A stretch of DNA of 62,068 bases, counting the filler, from Collodictyon triciliatum (Eukaryota): the NCBI GenBank assembly GCA_043381765.1. It is 7 parts of 7 records of this genome, joined end to end, with 100 filler letters (N's around TTAATTAATTAA, not from the genome) between each part and the next. Parts side by side here need not be neighbours in the genome. Positions count along the whole stretch, not along the records: positions 29,351 to 39,029 come from JBHJMP010002928.1; positions 39,130 to 48,793 come from JBHJMP010002929.1; 5 more parts are not named here. The stretch is one strand, 5' to 3'. Shown piece after piece: positions 31,024 through 43,681 of this stretch. Both the position numbers and the translations under genes were made by a program. The notes beneath the pieces are model-generated. The model ran no database searches. It was not told the DNA's origin and saw only the letters and a list, made by a program, of their open reading frames with translations. Numbering within the stretch: the first letter of the stretch is position 1; each line of letters begins with the position of its first letter.

Positions 31024-31362
31024 TTTCCTTTCATACATATTTTCCTTTCATACATATTTTCCTTTCATACATATTTTCCTTTCATACATATTTTCCTTTC
31101 ATACATATTTTCCTTTCATACATATTTTCCTTTCATACATCTTTTCCTTTCATACATCTCTTCCATTCATACATCTTTTCCTTTCATGCATCTCTTCCTT
31201 TCATACATCTTTTCCTTTCACACATCTCTTCCTTTCATACATCTTTTCATTCTTTCATTTTCTTTTCCTTTCATACATCTTTTCCTTTCATACATCTTTT
31301 CCTTTCATACATCTCTTCCATTCATACATCTTTTCATTCTTCCATTTTTCATTTTCTTTCTC
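31024..31362. repeat. ~19-bp minisatellite (TTTTCCTTTCATACATAT / ...ATC variants)
   Basis: Degenerate tandem units. Confidence 0.9.
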
Positions 31363-31885
31363 TAAAGTGCATTCATAAGATTTGAACATATACCAGATGC
31401 CAGCCAAAGGTGGCAACAAAAACCAAAACACCCATGAAAACACAACACTCCATCTCAGGTTGTTCAACATGCATCCACAAAGCTCTGTGGCGCCGTGGCG
31501 CTCGCACTTTCTCTGCTTTTCACTTGCATAAAAAAGAAACGCCAAAATAATCCCTTCAAGAGTGTATACAAGAGAAATGAGAGTTTTTTTAAAAAAAAAG
31601 TTTCTTTTTCCAACATAGTATCACAATGAAAATATTCTAAAATTGTTGGGTAAGATGTGGATATACAACCACACATTCACAATTACCACGTAGGATAACA
31701 ATTCCTTTCTTTTTCTTTTTTAAATAAAAACGAGGCAACATGCAGCCTCAATCGGTGCCTTCTGTTATTTCGCGGCCACTATTTAGAAAATATTCCAAGA
31801 GAAAGCACGAAAAAAAATCCAAAGAAAAGAGAAGAAAAAAAGGGTTGCATTCGAATATGATTCATTTGGATGGTATCAGATATGT

Positions 31886-34800
31886 CTACGTTTTGGCAGG
31901 GGTTGGAGTCGTTTGAGCCGAAAATTTGGTTTGATACCAGTCCGATAGACTTGTGGAAGCTTGGACGTTTTCCAGCGACTCGATGCATTGATTGAAATGA
32001 TGGATGTCCGCGAGCAATCTATTGATTAAACGTCTTGAATAATTATGATTCATTAAAAAAAAAAAAAGACGATTATTTCCTATTGAAACTAATAGTATTT
32101 ACGGTTTTTATTATCTTTTTTTTATAGTGAATCAAACGCATTGCATCCAAAGGCGATTAAGGCTGCTATTTGATTTTAATGCAAAAATGGACTGTTATAA
32201 AAGTAGTATTTTTTCCCACACCTTGCGCGTGAAATCGTGGTGGTCATGTCGCAATCAGAAAAGAATGAAATCAGCCTCGAGTTGTAGGTTGTGATAATCC
32301 TCGAAAACACAAGCTGCATTATATGGGCAAGGTTGATGAGAAACGGTGGCAGGATACCATGAGTATGTGAATACATTTTTTTTCTGGTATAAGGCATCAG
32401 TAATTGTACCTGCATCTGAGCTTTCTGGAGAATTGGGTTGAGAAGTTTATGAAGAGTCACAATTTTTTTTGTGAGCTTCTTCATGTAATCGTTTGGTTTT
32501 GGTTGTGTGTCATCACTCCATGAAAGTTCCTATAAAAAAGCACAGAGAAAGAGAGAAAGAGAGAAAGAGAGAAAGAGAGAAAGAGAGAAAGAGAGAAAGA
32601 TAAAGAAAGATAAAGAAAGATAAAGAAAGATAAAGAAAGATAAAGAAAGATAAAGAAAGATAAAGAAAGATAAAGAAATATAAAGAAAAATATAGATAAA
32701 GATAAAGATAAAATGAAAAATCAGATTTAATAACGAAAAATTAGGCAATTTGAAAATGTCAATGACATTATATAGCTGGGGCTGTCTCTGTATTTGGACC
32801 AATCGAACCTGAATTCCTTTGCAGAGCGTCTCCAAGGCGTCTCTCATAATTGCGTTCAGTTTGGAAAATATTTCCTGGCGGTGTTCGTTGCAATCCTAAG
32901 TTGACAACCGAACCAAACACTTTGAATCGAATAAAGGAAGAAGAAAAAACAACCGAACCAAACAGTTGAGCTCCATCGATATAAGTTATAATATAATTTA
33001 ATACGTCTTTCAAAACCAAGCTTATTATGTGCTAAATAACTCATAAAGAATGATTTCAATTTTGAAGCAGCGCCCCATAAAAGAACATACCTGCTCAACG
33101 CGGTCGAAATCTGACAGCAAAACCATTTGTTTGGGGGTGAGCCTTTGCTGGAGATTGCGCTTGAATATAGGAACAAGCAAAATCAGAACACTGACAACCT
33201 GTGAAGACAGAGCTATACAGAATTGATAAATTGATACTGAGTGAGCACGAATATAGATGTCTTGCAGCTATATCTGTTCCTTTATAGTGGACTATTTATC
33301 AGGCCTTTTGGCTTCTATACCGCCAATATTTGTATCGAACCTAGGTGAGATGCTGTGATGCTCTTGAGACCTGCTATCTGCAAAGCCCCAGCTCCAAGAA
33401 CGAGCTGACATGTCCTTGAATTAAAAACCTTACGTATTTCACAAATTAGCATAAGTTCACAATCTCAATCCTCATTGTACAAAAAGGTGGTAATGAGGAA
33501 ACAGGGTTGCTTTGTTCATCTACAGGAATAATAATCATATATATAAACAACCAATTACATTACAGACAAGTAACTTAGTAAACCTTTAAAAGTTCGATTG
33601 TCCGCTGCAGAATATCAGTGACGAGAAATGGGAAATCAATAAGAATTTTCTATCAATAATTTTTTCTTGCGTTAGTATCATACATAAAAAAGTGTAAAAA
33701 ATAAAAACAAAAACACGGTTTCCCTCCTAAATTAGAATTATCAACCTTGTATGTGTATAGAATGTGTAAAAGCATCAAAACGCTTCCAACAGTGGGATAA
33801 CCAAGTCCGTCAATAACCAAGACCTTAGAGGATGCATCAACTATAAATGCCAGATGTTGCATGGTTCCAATCAGATAGTAATTATTTATCAATTAAAAAG
33901 AAAAGAAAAAGGAAGGCCTCCTATGGAGAATTATTTCTAAAGTAACTGAATTCTACAAAGAGCTTTGAGAAGATTGTTTTACCATGGGCTTCCGAGTTAG
34001 AATAGTCTTCATCGCTGTGGTAACCCGATTCAGATTCATCATCGACGAACCTATGAAAAAGACTCAGTTGGTTAAAATAGGGCCAAATTTAAAAACTGAT
34101 GCCACCAAGTAGTTATAAAACGTATATATTGATCGGATATTTAGTACGGTTTCATAGGAGCAATAAGCTTCTGGAATATTTGTTGATATTCATGAGGAAC
34201 ATCGGCCTAAGGCAAGTACAGTAATACCAGATTACGAAAATGGATTGATGGATAGACTTAAACGATGATTCATTGGTCATTCATACAATTGTGAGTGTAT
34301 GTTACATGAGTTTGGACACAATGAAAATTACAAATAACTATGCACAAAATAGTATACATATATATATATATACTGAGAGATTACTTGAGACCATATTTCT
34401 TGCTCTAATGTATTTGTGATTGTGCTCATTTTTTTCTGGTGGTAGTTGTCCAAGAACGATTTGGCCTGCAATCGAAGCGTAATTATTCATCAGAAAACCC
34501 CATTAAACAGTTGATATTTCAGATTACCTGAGAGACAACATGACTAATTTCATGTACCCCTTTATTTGGGCTCTAGTCTAGTTCTATATTAAAAAGAAGA
34601 AAGAAGAAGAAAGAAGAAGAAAGAAAGAAGAAGAAAGAAGAAAGAAGAAAGAAGATAAATACCTGCAAGAGCAAGCGATTCCGGAGGCTGGCCATGGACT
34701 TACCAACAATCTTTTCTGTAGATTGAGCAAACTTGAGGCATGCGTAATACGAATTTGAGAATTCTCGATGGGTTAGCCGAGAATGTATATCAGTTCGATA

Positions 34801-37800
34801 GTGCACAATTCTGGTACAATGTCCATGTGCGTGTTCAGCTGCGCTTTGCAATACATCCTGACTATCCTGCATAACCTAAAATATACGCACAATATAGAAT
34901 CAATCTGGGATGGAGCACACTATCGAGTCAAGATGTCACATTACAATTTACGGTTAACAAAGGCGAATCCTTTTTATCTTATCATACTTTATCATAGTAC
35001 GCAATCAGAGAATTATATTTCATCGTGGCTAAAGCAGAATCCTAATCATTATTTTAATTTATGCATATTAGCATTGTGTGATGCTTCGCTAGCGTAAATC
35101 AAAATTGGTACACACGATTAAAGCTTTAACATGACAAAAGAAATGCGCAATATTCTTTTTCATACGTCGATATTCCCGTTTATCGGCGCGGAGGTTAGTG
35201 ATTGAAAGTCTTCTGCTTTCATTTGTACTCCAATGTCTTTGGATACAGATTCTGCGGCGCACGACTGTAGAAAATTATTCTTTACATACCATATACTTTT
35301 CGTCTCAAAAATTAAGGATTTAAAAAATATTCAAGAGTTGTGACGAGGATAGAAACATTTTAAAAAAAAACCAACGAAATCATTCTTATAAAATTTGCTC
35401 GTTTAATACCTTCATCCTGTCCAGTATTGCGACTATGAGTTGATGGATGGAGAGAGCTCGCTGAATGATTTGGGTAAACCGCAGAAATAAAGCTAGTTCA
35501 AAGGGAATAAACTAGTCATTGATTTTCAGGTTGAAGATAAGAATATGGATAAAGTTGTAATCATTGAAACAGTTGTTAAGAAACCTGATATCAGGGTAAG
35601 GAAATCTTCCTGGGCAAGTTCCTTAACTAGGTCAGCTGTTCTGGATGGGTAAAAAATGGGCTTGTAAAAATATTCACATCTAATACCCAACCATCAATTC
35701 TATAGATCGATTCTAAAAAGAGAAGCCATAAAAATGAAATGATATGACAAATAGTAGATATTAAAATGAGAACAAAACTTACTTTCTCTTATCACCTTTG
35801 TAAAATTAGATGTAACGTTAAATACACATGCACGGTGAAAATAAGATGATTAATCACAAAAACAATTATTCAATTTAGATTGTATTTCAAATAATACATG
35901 GTTTCATGCTGCCACTTAAAGGAAACCTGAATTGTCTGTTGGGAGCGATATCTTTCCAGTTTGATTGAACATTAAGAAATGGTCTGCTACCACCTAATCA
36001 AAAATTAGTAAATGCGGATAGTGAATGATTACTTTGAAACATTAAGTTCTCAAGTATAAGAAAGAGTAAAATTAATAATCAGACCTCTTTGAAGGACATC
36101 TTAAGTTCGTTTAATACAGCTTCTTTGTAGGACTGATAGTGGTTTTTTTTTATATCAATCGATCAGGATTCAATATTAGCGAGTTGCAAAACATTGTACA
36201 CCCGGTTAGTAAAATTAATACATTAATATTGTAAAAATAAATAAAATAAAAAATAAAAAACCTGTAGACCGACAAGTAGCTTTCCCATTTTCAGTAAGCC
36301 ATGTATTGTGGGCTCGAGAGAATCCTAATTATTTTCGAATTATAAACAATACTTTTAAAAGAACTACCATAGAAATTGAGATATTGGGAATGTAAAATCT
36401 TAGTGTCAAAGCTTCAAAATTAAGATATGGCAATTTACAGGCAAATGGTCAAAGGGGAGACCAGAATCAGAGCCTAAGACTACGGTATTAGTTTGTTAGA
36501 ATGGGATATGCGACTCCACATCTTAAGTTTCTCATCGTTTTTTTAATTGTAATTTTTTAACTCGTTCTTTTCTGTTTAATTTTCGAGTACAGGGGTACAT
36601 AGAAATGTAAATTAATGAGTGTACCTGATGACTGCAAGAAATCGGCCATCATCATTTTTTCAATCAAGCTTGACATCTCTTCCAGCTGGAGTCCTAAGTG
36701 CCTAAATGTCGAAAAAAAATCATCTAGAAATCCATAAAATCTAATTGTGGGATGTTAACAAAGGACATATTTTTGGTTTCTTTTCAACAGTTTTAATAAA
36801 AAAATATATATATATAAAAAAAACGAGTTTACAGAATTTCCAACAATAAAATAATTGCTGGTATGATATTTTTCTTGCATTCCGCTCATTACTTAAAACT
36901 TTGAACCCCAGCGAGTTCAGAATGAAGAATTTGTTGTGCTGTCGAAATCAACTCAATAGCCCCTGCAAAGTCGGACTTTGGGTACGTAAAAATGAAAGAA
37001 AAAAGAAAAATTAATCGAAAATTGATGGAAAAAATTGCTTGATAGGAATAATATGCGAAAAAAATTTTAAATAGGTAGTATAAAATTGGTACTGTAGATA
37101 GAAGCAGTTGTATGGTGGGTTGTGTTTGTCTTATAGTAGATATTAGCTTCAGCTATTGAATATCGCAAAATAAATTGTATGAGAGGAAAATGGATAATTT
37201 ACACAATTTATTAAAATAAATATGCAATAATTTATTTAATATCTTATTTTTTATACTGGTAATATCATTATACCATACTTTTCTGTAAAGAACGAGCAAG
37301 TTTGCTTTCTTTCTTCTTAACTGGGCGATTTGAAGAGGTTCCCTGACCATCACATTATCTATTGCCTCCAACTTGCCCCTACGGCACAGAGAAAATCATA
37401 GAATGATAGAAAGATTTTTTAAAAAAAATTATAGAAATATGTGTTTGATATAGCAAAAGATTGAATGATATTTTTTTAATAGAAAAACAAAGAAAAAAAG
37501 TTTGGTGAAACCAATTCTGATGATTTAGTACGGAAATTCAGAAAAAAAGAGAAAAGAAAATAATTACTTCTGTGTAAAAACAAAAACAAAAACCTTGTGG
37601 CTGATATTCTTTCACATATTCTTTGCACTTCACCGTTCAGTTGCTATGTCATACATTCCAAAATTGAAACTTTTTTAGTTTGAAAAAGTATAGATTCTAT
37701 AGAGGGAAAAGTATGACAGGACGAACCTGAAGGCTTGATAACGCCGAGAAGAATGAGGCTGAGCGCCTTGATATTTGTTTGGAGAGTTCTATCTCAACGG

Positions 37801-38870
37801 TATCCAGATATTGGGCGTACTGTATAGATTTTGCATGTTGATAAGAATTAATGTAAAGTGTGGTTCTGTTGCAGTTTTCTTTCAAGAACTGTAAATTATA
37901 GGTAGCATAATAAAGGCATGATAATGATGCATATAAAGGAAGCAGAAATTGCATAATTTATTCAAACAGTAAAAGAGGAGAATCGATTATGTAATCAGGA
38001 AGGGCTTTATTTTTCGTACTGTATCATAATGGTGCATGGGGTTGTTTGCATCAATAAGTTGATTGAAATAATCTGCTCTTGCCAGAGAAAAATTTGGATC
38101 GAAGAATATCTACATGAAATGAAGGACACTGTTTGTGATATATATATATTGGATTTGCGAAGAGTGAATTGGCATATTATATGATAAAATGTTACCTCTG
38201 GTACTCCAAGAAGGTCGGGTGTTGGGATATCCAGTGTCGTTTGATATTGCTTCTGATAATGCCTTTGAATCTTTCGAATTTTCTCAAAACTCTTCCATTT
38301 CTTTTTTTTTTAAAAAAAAAAATAAAAAATTTTTTCAAATTTTAGAAAAACACTATTAAAATGCTATAAAACGTATAATATAATTAAATTTATAAGAAAT
38401 GGAATTAAAGATTCAATCGAATCATAAAGAGTGATAAAATATAAAAAAATTTGGAAAAAATGAAAAGAGATGATTATTATTTGGACTTTAATCCCTTGGT
38501 TTCTTGATTCAATCCAGTTGATTATTATATATAAAGGTACTATACTTCTTGTATTGACTGGACGTATTCTCTAAAATCCGACGATTGAATATCTTCCAAG
38601 GGAGTTAATTGGGGAGGAACAGGAGCAGTTTCATAAAAGTAATCGTAAATCGACCATTCTGCCTTTTATTCATTTATTAATTCAGAAGCAAGATACAAAA
38701 TGCTTTTTTTTTCTTTTAAGATTCGCCATACCACTTCTACATTTCCAAGAAGCATTGTTTCATACATATGGATAAATATTTGATCATAAAAATAAAATTA
38801 CCTTCGCTCGAGGATCATTTATGAGAGACGATAGACTTTGAAGCTGTGACGAGGAACGCAGACAGTGTGC
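31886..38870 (-). CDS. VPS54: GARP complex subunit Vps54, many exons, 5' partial
   Basis: QSLSSLINDPR; QYLDTVEIELSKQISRRSASFFSALSSLQ; YPTVGSVLMLL; VLGAGALQIAGLKSITASHL (Vps54 signature); stop TAG at 31886-31888. Confidence 0.9.
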
Positions 38871-38886
38871 ACTGTAACGAAGCCAA

Positions 38887-38957
<71 letters not shown>

Positions 38958-39129
38958 AAGAAAGAAAGAAAAGATAAATATACAAGCAGGTAAATAGACA
39001 TGAGAAAAAAATGACAGTTGGTCAAAAGGNNNNNNNNNNNNNNNNNNNNNNNNNNNNNNNNNNNNNNNNNNNNTTAATTAATTAANNNNNNNNNNNNNNN
39101 NNNNNNNNNNNNNNNNNNNNNNNNNNNNN

Positions 39130-39201
<72 letters not shown>

Positions 39202-39212
39202 AAAATGAAACA

Positions 39213-42200
39213 TACGATGAGTGGTTTGTCAGAATGGACTTGACCCATATGTTAAACTTGTAAGTCATGGTATGATTCATTTGTTGCATATTGCTGAGAG
39301 CGGCGATCAAAGGTGGAATGCAGTACACAGGCAGTGCCTTCACAGTCCCTTCGATCGAGGAATCGGGTACTTGGGCAATGGATTTCTCTAGTAGCATCTT
39401 TGTAGCATGTCAATGACATAGCAGTTTGTTTGTTTGTTTGTTTTTAAAAAAAAAGAGGGATACCATGAAAAAAAAAAGACAGTTTTTTGTGGAGGATGGC
39501 GGCCTGCCAAAGATTGGAAATATACACGGTCTAATACAAGTGTAATGCAGGAACCTTGTTTTTGGATTGGACTGCAGCTGCGATGATGTTACAAGCCGTC
39601 GAATCCACTTGGATGAAGGCTTCTGCTTCAGATGTGAGATTTGTGTCTTGCAAAACAATTTGTTGACCAAAAGACATCGATTCCTTCTGCGTTTCCATTG
39701 CTTGGGGTTCCATCGTCATCGTATCGATATCCTCGTTGCCAACAACCATCTAGTTTTATAACAAATTCATTAGTCATGTGATATCAGCGAAGCATAGTGC
39801 TATACAATTATCAACACTCACGAATTCTTTTTTTAAAAAAACCTCACATGTTTTTGGGATGAGAGAACCTTCCCAGTATCCTTCACTTGTCCAAATTCCT
39901 GTACAGTTTAGTGTAAATATATTTATCTAATCTAATCATTTCTTCCTTTTTTTTCATTTTAGAAAAAAAAATAACGATGCAAACTAAATATAGGAATATT
40001 TGGGATATCTAAGGTTTTAATTGAGTTTCAGAATTACTTTGACTTTTTCCTTTTTGGCTACAAGACTTATGTCTTTGACATGAAGTTGGATTCTGGATAT
40101 GTATTTTTCACCGTCCATAATATTCTGTGTCGTATCAAAGTGTTGACATTTTGAATTTCTTTTTTTTTTTAAAAAAAAAGAAAAACATATTTCAGAAAGC
40201 AACATGCGCTATTACGGTATTATTAGCAACTGAACTAATGAAGAAATTAAAAAGACCTTTAGTGCGTATCTGGGAAGTGTAAAATCTCCATAGATAAGAC
40301 ATATTTTCGACGGATGAATTGGTTTGAAAGCAAATATGCCGATTGATTTGACTGAATCTGAATTTTCAACCTTTACTATCACTTTAGCGTATGAGGGCGT
40401 TAAATCTGAACTCCCCAGCTTGTGGTTCCAGACAAATACAACACCAAAATGAGAGAGGCCGTAAAGCGTGACCGAATTCGTCTCCTGATATGAAAATGAA
40501 ATGAAATAAATAAATGCATTAATATATAAGTGAATCTTTACCCTTAAAGTCAGGGTGGTCGTCGCTTCGCGACGTAAAGCATGTCAATTAAATTGGAACA
40601 GACTTGGTCATAATGTGCGTGCAAATAACGGGCTCCGCTATGAGACATAAAATCTAAACCACAAAGAATTTAATGACGTATAAGCAACGAAGTGTCAAAG
40701 TACTGAATACGATGATACATCCGCACACAAATGAAATGATTCATGGGTAGTATCTGATTTCAAATATTTAATACTTGCAATTGAAGCATTAGCTTTCCTG
40801 TGGCTGGGGCTGAGCGACCAGAGAGATATGATTTCGTCTCGTGTGGCTGAAAAAAGGTATTTTCCGTTTTCTGTTGTCGCCAGAGCTGTGATTTTGGAGG
40901 AATGGCCGGGTATTTTATGGAGAACCTTGCATCATTTAAGTATTAAATAAATCAATTTAGTGCCTCTCTGGGTCGAATGCACTTAAACAAAAAGGAAAAA
41001 AAAGCATATTTTCCTGATATTTTTGATACCAACCTTTCTTGAAACGATATCGTAAATTCGAATAGACGAGTCGGCCACTATCAGTTGTGAGTCGTTAGAC
41101 GATAGTAAAATCCTGCTTACAGGGGTTTGTTCTTGGAAAGTACTGGTTGACAGAGGTATTTAATTAATTTTTTTCATAAAATAGGAGGCGTAGTTGTGAA
41201 TATGTAAGAACAAGTCAAAGCTTTTTTTTTTTTTTTGGAGATGCAAAAAAAAATTTTTCTAAAAGACTTAACATATCTGAGAAATTAAACATTAAAACAT
41301 TGAAAACATTTATTTGCTTCTTTATGAGCATGTAACCAACTGAGCAATTTGGCCATTCAGTAGATTCCATTGGATGATAGTTCCATCCATTGAAGAGGTG
41401 AACAAAAACTGCTTCGAGCGAGAGAATACGATGTCGGTTACCCTGTGGTGGATGTCAAGTGCTTTAGTTCTCTCAATTTGCAGATGGGAAAAACTCAATC
41501 TTGAGACATTTACAAATAGTAAAGAGAAAAAAAAAAGTAAATAAAGAGAACATGATTGATATGAAACCTGCATATTCGAAAATATCAAAGAAATGAGGAG
41601 ATAAAAACATCTGGTCTCAAAGGCATAGTATTTCAACAGGGACACGGGTCTCAAATTCGAGTGAGAATAGCAAGAAAGGGAAGGAGGAAACCCGAGGCTG
41701 ACTTTTTCGTGTGCCCTTTCATCTTTGACCCGAGAGACTGTTTGAACGAGCCGGTGGAGAAGTCGTAGAGAACCACGTTTCCATGGTAGGCACCGGCGGC
41801 AATCAAGGGCTGATTCGAAGTGGCAGCAGAGCCTTCGGAGGACGCCTTGTGGGAAGTGAGGAGGGCAAGGAAGAAAGCGCGAGGCGAGTGAGTGAGTGAG
41901 TGAGTGAGTGAGTGATTCGGCCGATCAGGCTGCTGGCAGGCAAAGCGAAAGCCACGCCGCGTTACATGAGCCAAAGGGAAGAGAGAAGAACCGCATAGGC
42001 GTCGCCCCAGGCCAGGCAGGAGATGTTTCTGGTGAGATGGTGGGGATCGTCAAGGACGCGCAGGAAGGAGCACGAGTCTTTGAGAGAGTAGCAGCTGATC
42101 AGGCCGTTCGCCCCGCAGACCACGAGGGTGGACAGATCGGGGCTGAGGCAGGCCAGGGAGATGCCGGACGGTTTGATGCCGGCCACCTCAGAGGCTGCCG

Positions 42201-42222
42201 GCTTGGGGGCTTTGGCGGCCAT
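39213..42222 (-). CDS. WDR43: WD repeat protein 43 / Utp5 (SSU processome), 3' partial
   Basis: N-terminal WD40 repeats (ISCLAWG; IAAGAYHGNVVLYD; GHTKKVTDIVFS..LFTSSMDGTIIQWN) and Utp12-type C-terminal domain LLEKSI...IEGTVKALP...WVKSILTNHSSY. Confidence 0.82.
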
Positions 42223-43681
42223 TGCTCTCTTGTCCTTGGGTGGGACGTTTGTCAGTTGCTCAAAGTCTCCCTCTGTCTCTCTGTCTCTCTTTCTATCTCT
42301 CTTCGGCAGCACGGTTCACGGCTCACGAGCGTGTTGGGCTCCGGCCAACTGCTTTTTTTTTTTGTTGTTGTTTTTTTTTGTTTTTTGTTTTTTGTTTTTT
42401 TTTGTGGTCTGCTTTATGATTGGCCTCCAAGCAAGGATTCGAAGGGTATTTGTTCGTTGCGCTGTTGCGATATTGGTCGGCGTGGCTGGTGGCAGCTACA
42501 TCCTGGGCATGACCCACTCAATAAAAAAAATGCCTCGCCTTGCAGAGTCTGCATCGATGGAATCAAAGGGAAATTAAATTAGGATTAGTGCTGCTCTGCG
42601 AGAGAGATGGGCATCTAGAAAGCTACCCGTGGCTCTGGAACGTCAAGCGAGACGTCCGTTTTTAGTTGGCCGGCTGGCAAACATTCGATGGTCTGGATAC
42701 GCTAGATTTCTTTGCCGCGGAGCGCCGTTCTATTTTGAATGCATCCGTATATCACTACCTGATACGCATCGGCCTTTGATACAAACGTTGCGGCAAATAC
42801 TGGGAGAAGGAAAGCTTAATCTTGTTTTCTATTTGCTTTCCTGGTCGAATCGAGACTCGGGCGCTGTGGCAAATATTTCCCCCGATTAAATGCTTCTGCC
42901 TCATTTGCGTCACCAAGGTGAAGATTACAACCAAGTGCAATTGCCATCATGCCTGATTTACTCGCAATAACCCTCCATTCTATGAAATGCATCGCCTCCG
43001 TGTGCAAATCTTAGTTATGACCGATACAAATGCCTGCATCGCAACGTAACATGCTGCACATGTGAAACGCATCCTCGTCGGATGTGGCACACACACCCCG
43101 CCGATGGCATGAATGGGTTCATACGCAGGAAAATAACTAGCGTCATGAGGCAGAAAAAGGTTCGTGCATGATTTTGCACCTTTGCCATCGGATTCGGGCC
43201 AAGTGCTGCGGGAAGGAGCTCGTTGCGCGTAAGCCCAACCTTCGCAAGTACCCAGATCATGAATGAAGTAAAAGCACCCTACTCGACTGGTTTTTCGATA
43301 GAGGCTGGATTCCTTTTTATCAATGCCGCCCGTCCTTTTGGTTCGCAACTTGATAGGACTGCGGCACTCGAGCGGGTTGGGTGCTTCAAGAGACAGCATG
43401 ACGGGGTCGCCAAGCAAAATCAAACCCACGGAGCGCAACACGAACGACAGAATTTGACACTCTCTGGGTTCTGACGTCCAGGCACAGACACGCCCAGCAA
43501 AAAGAATAAGACGCAGGGAAGAGCGGATGCTGGCCCAGTCGGGGTGAGTCGGAAGCGTGTGGATACACAGCTACTCGATAGGCGAGAGAGATCTGAGTGC
43601 AAGCAAGAACAAATGAAAGAAAAATAGAGAAGGAAAAAGGGAAAGGAAAAAGGGAAAGGAAAATGAACGAACCAAAGCAGG

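Noticed and set aside
31024-31362. CRISPR-like appearance of the repeated unit
   Set aside because: Head-to-tail degenerate minisatellite with no unique spacers, in a eukaryotic context with no cas genes
12439-35090. Shared 15-mer TGTGATGCTTCGCTA in lipase and VPS54 introns
   Set aside because: One 15-nt match is expected by chance in a window of this size; no extended similarity
42600-43480. Short ORFs between WDR43 and the Sac1 gene
   Set aside because: No recognisable protein features; most likely a divergent promoter region
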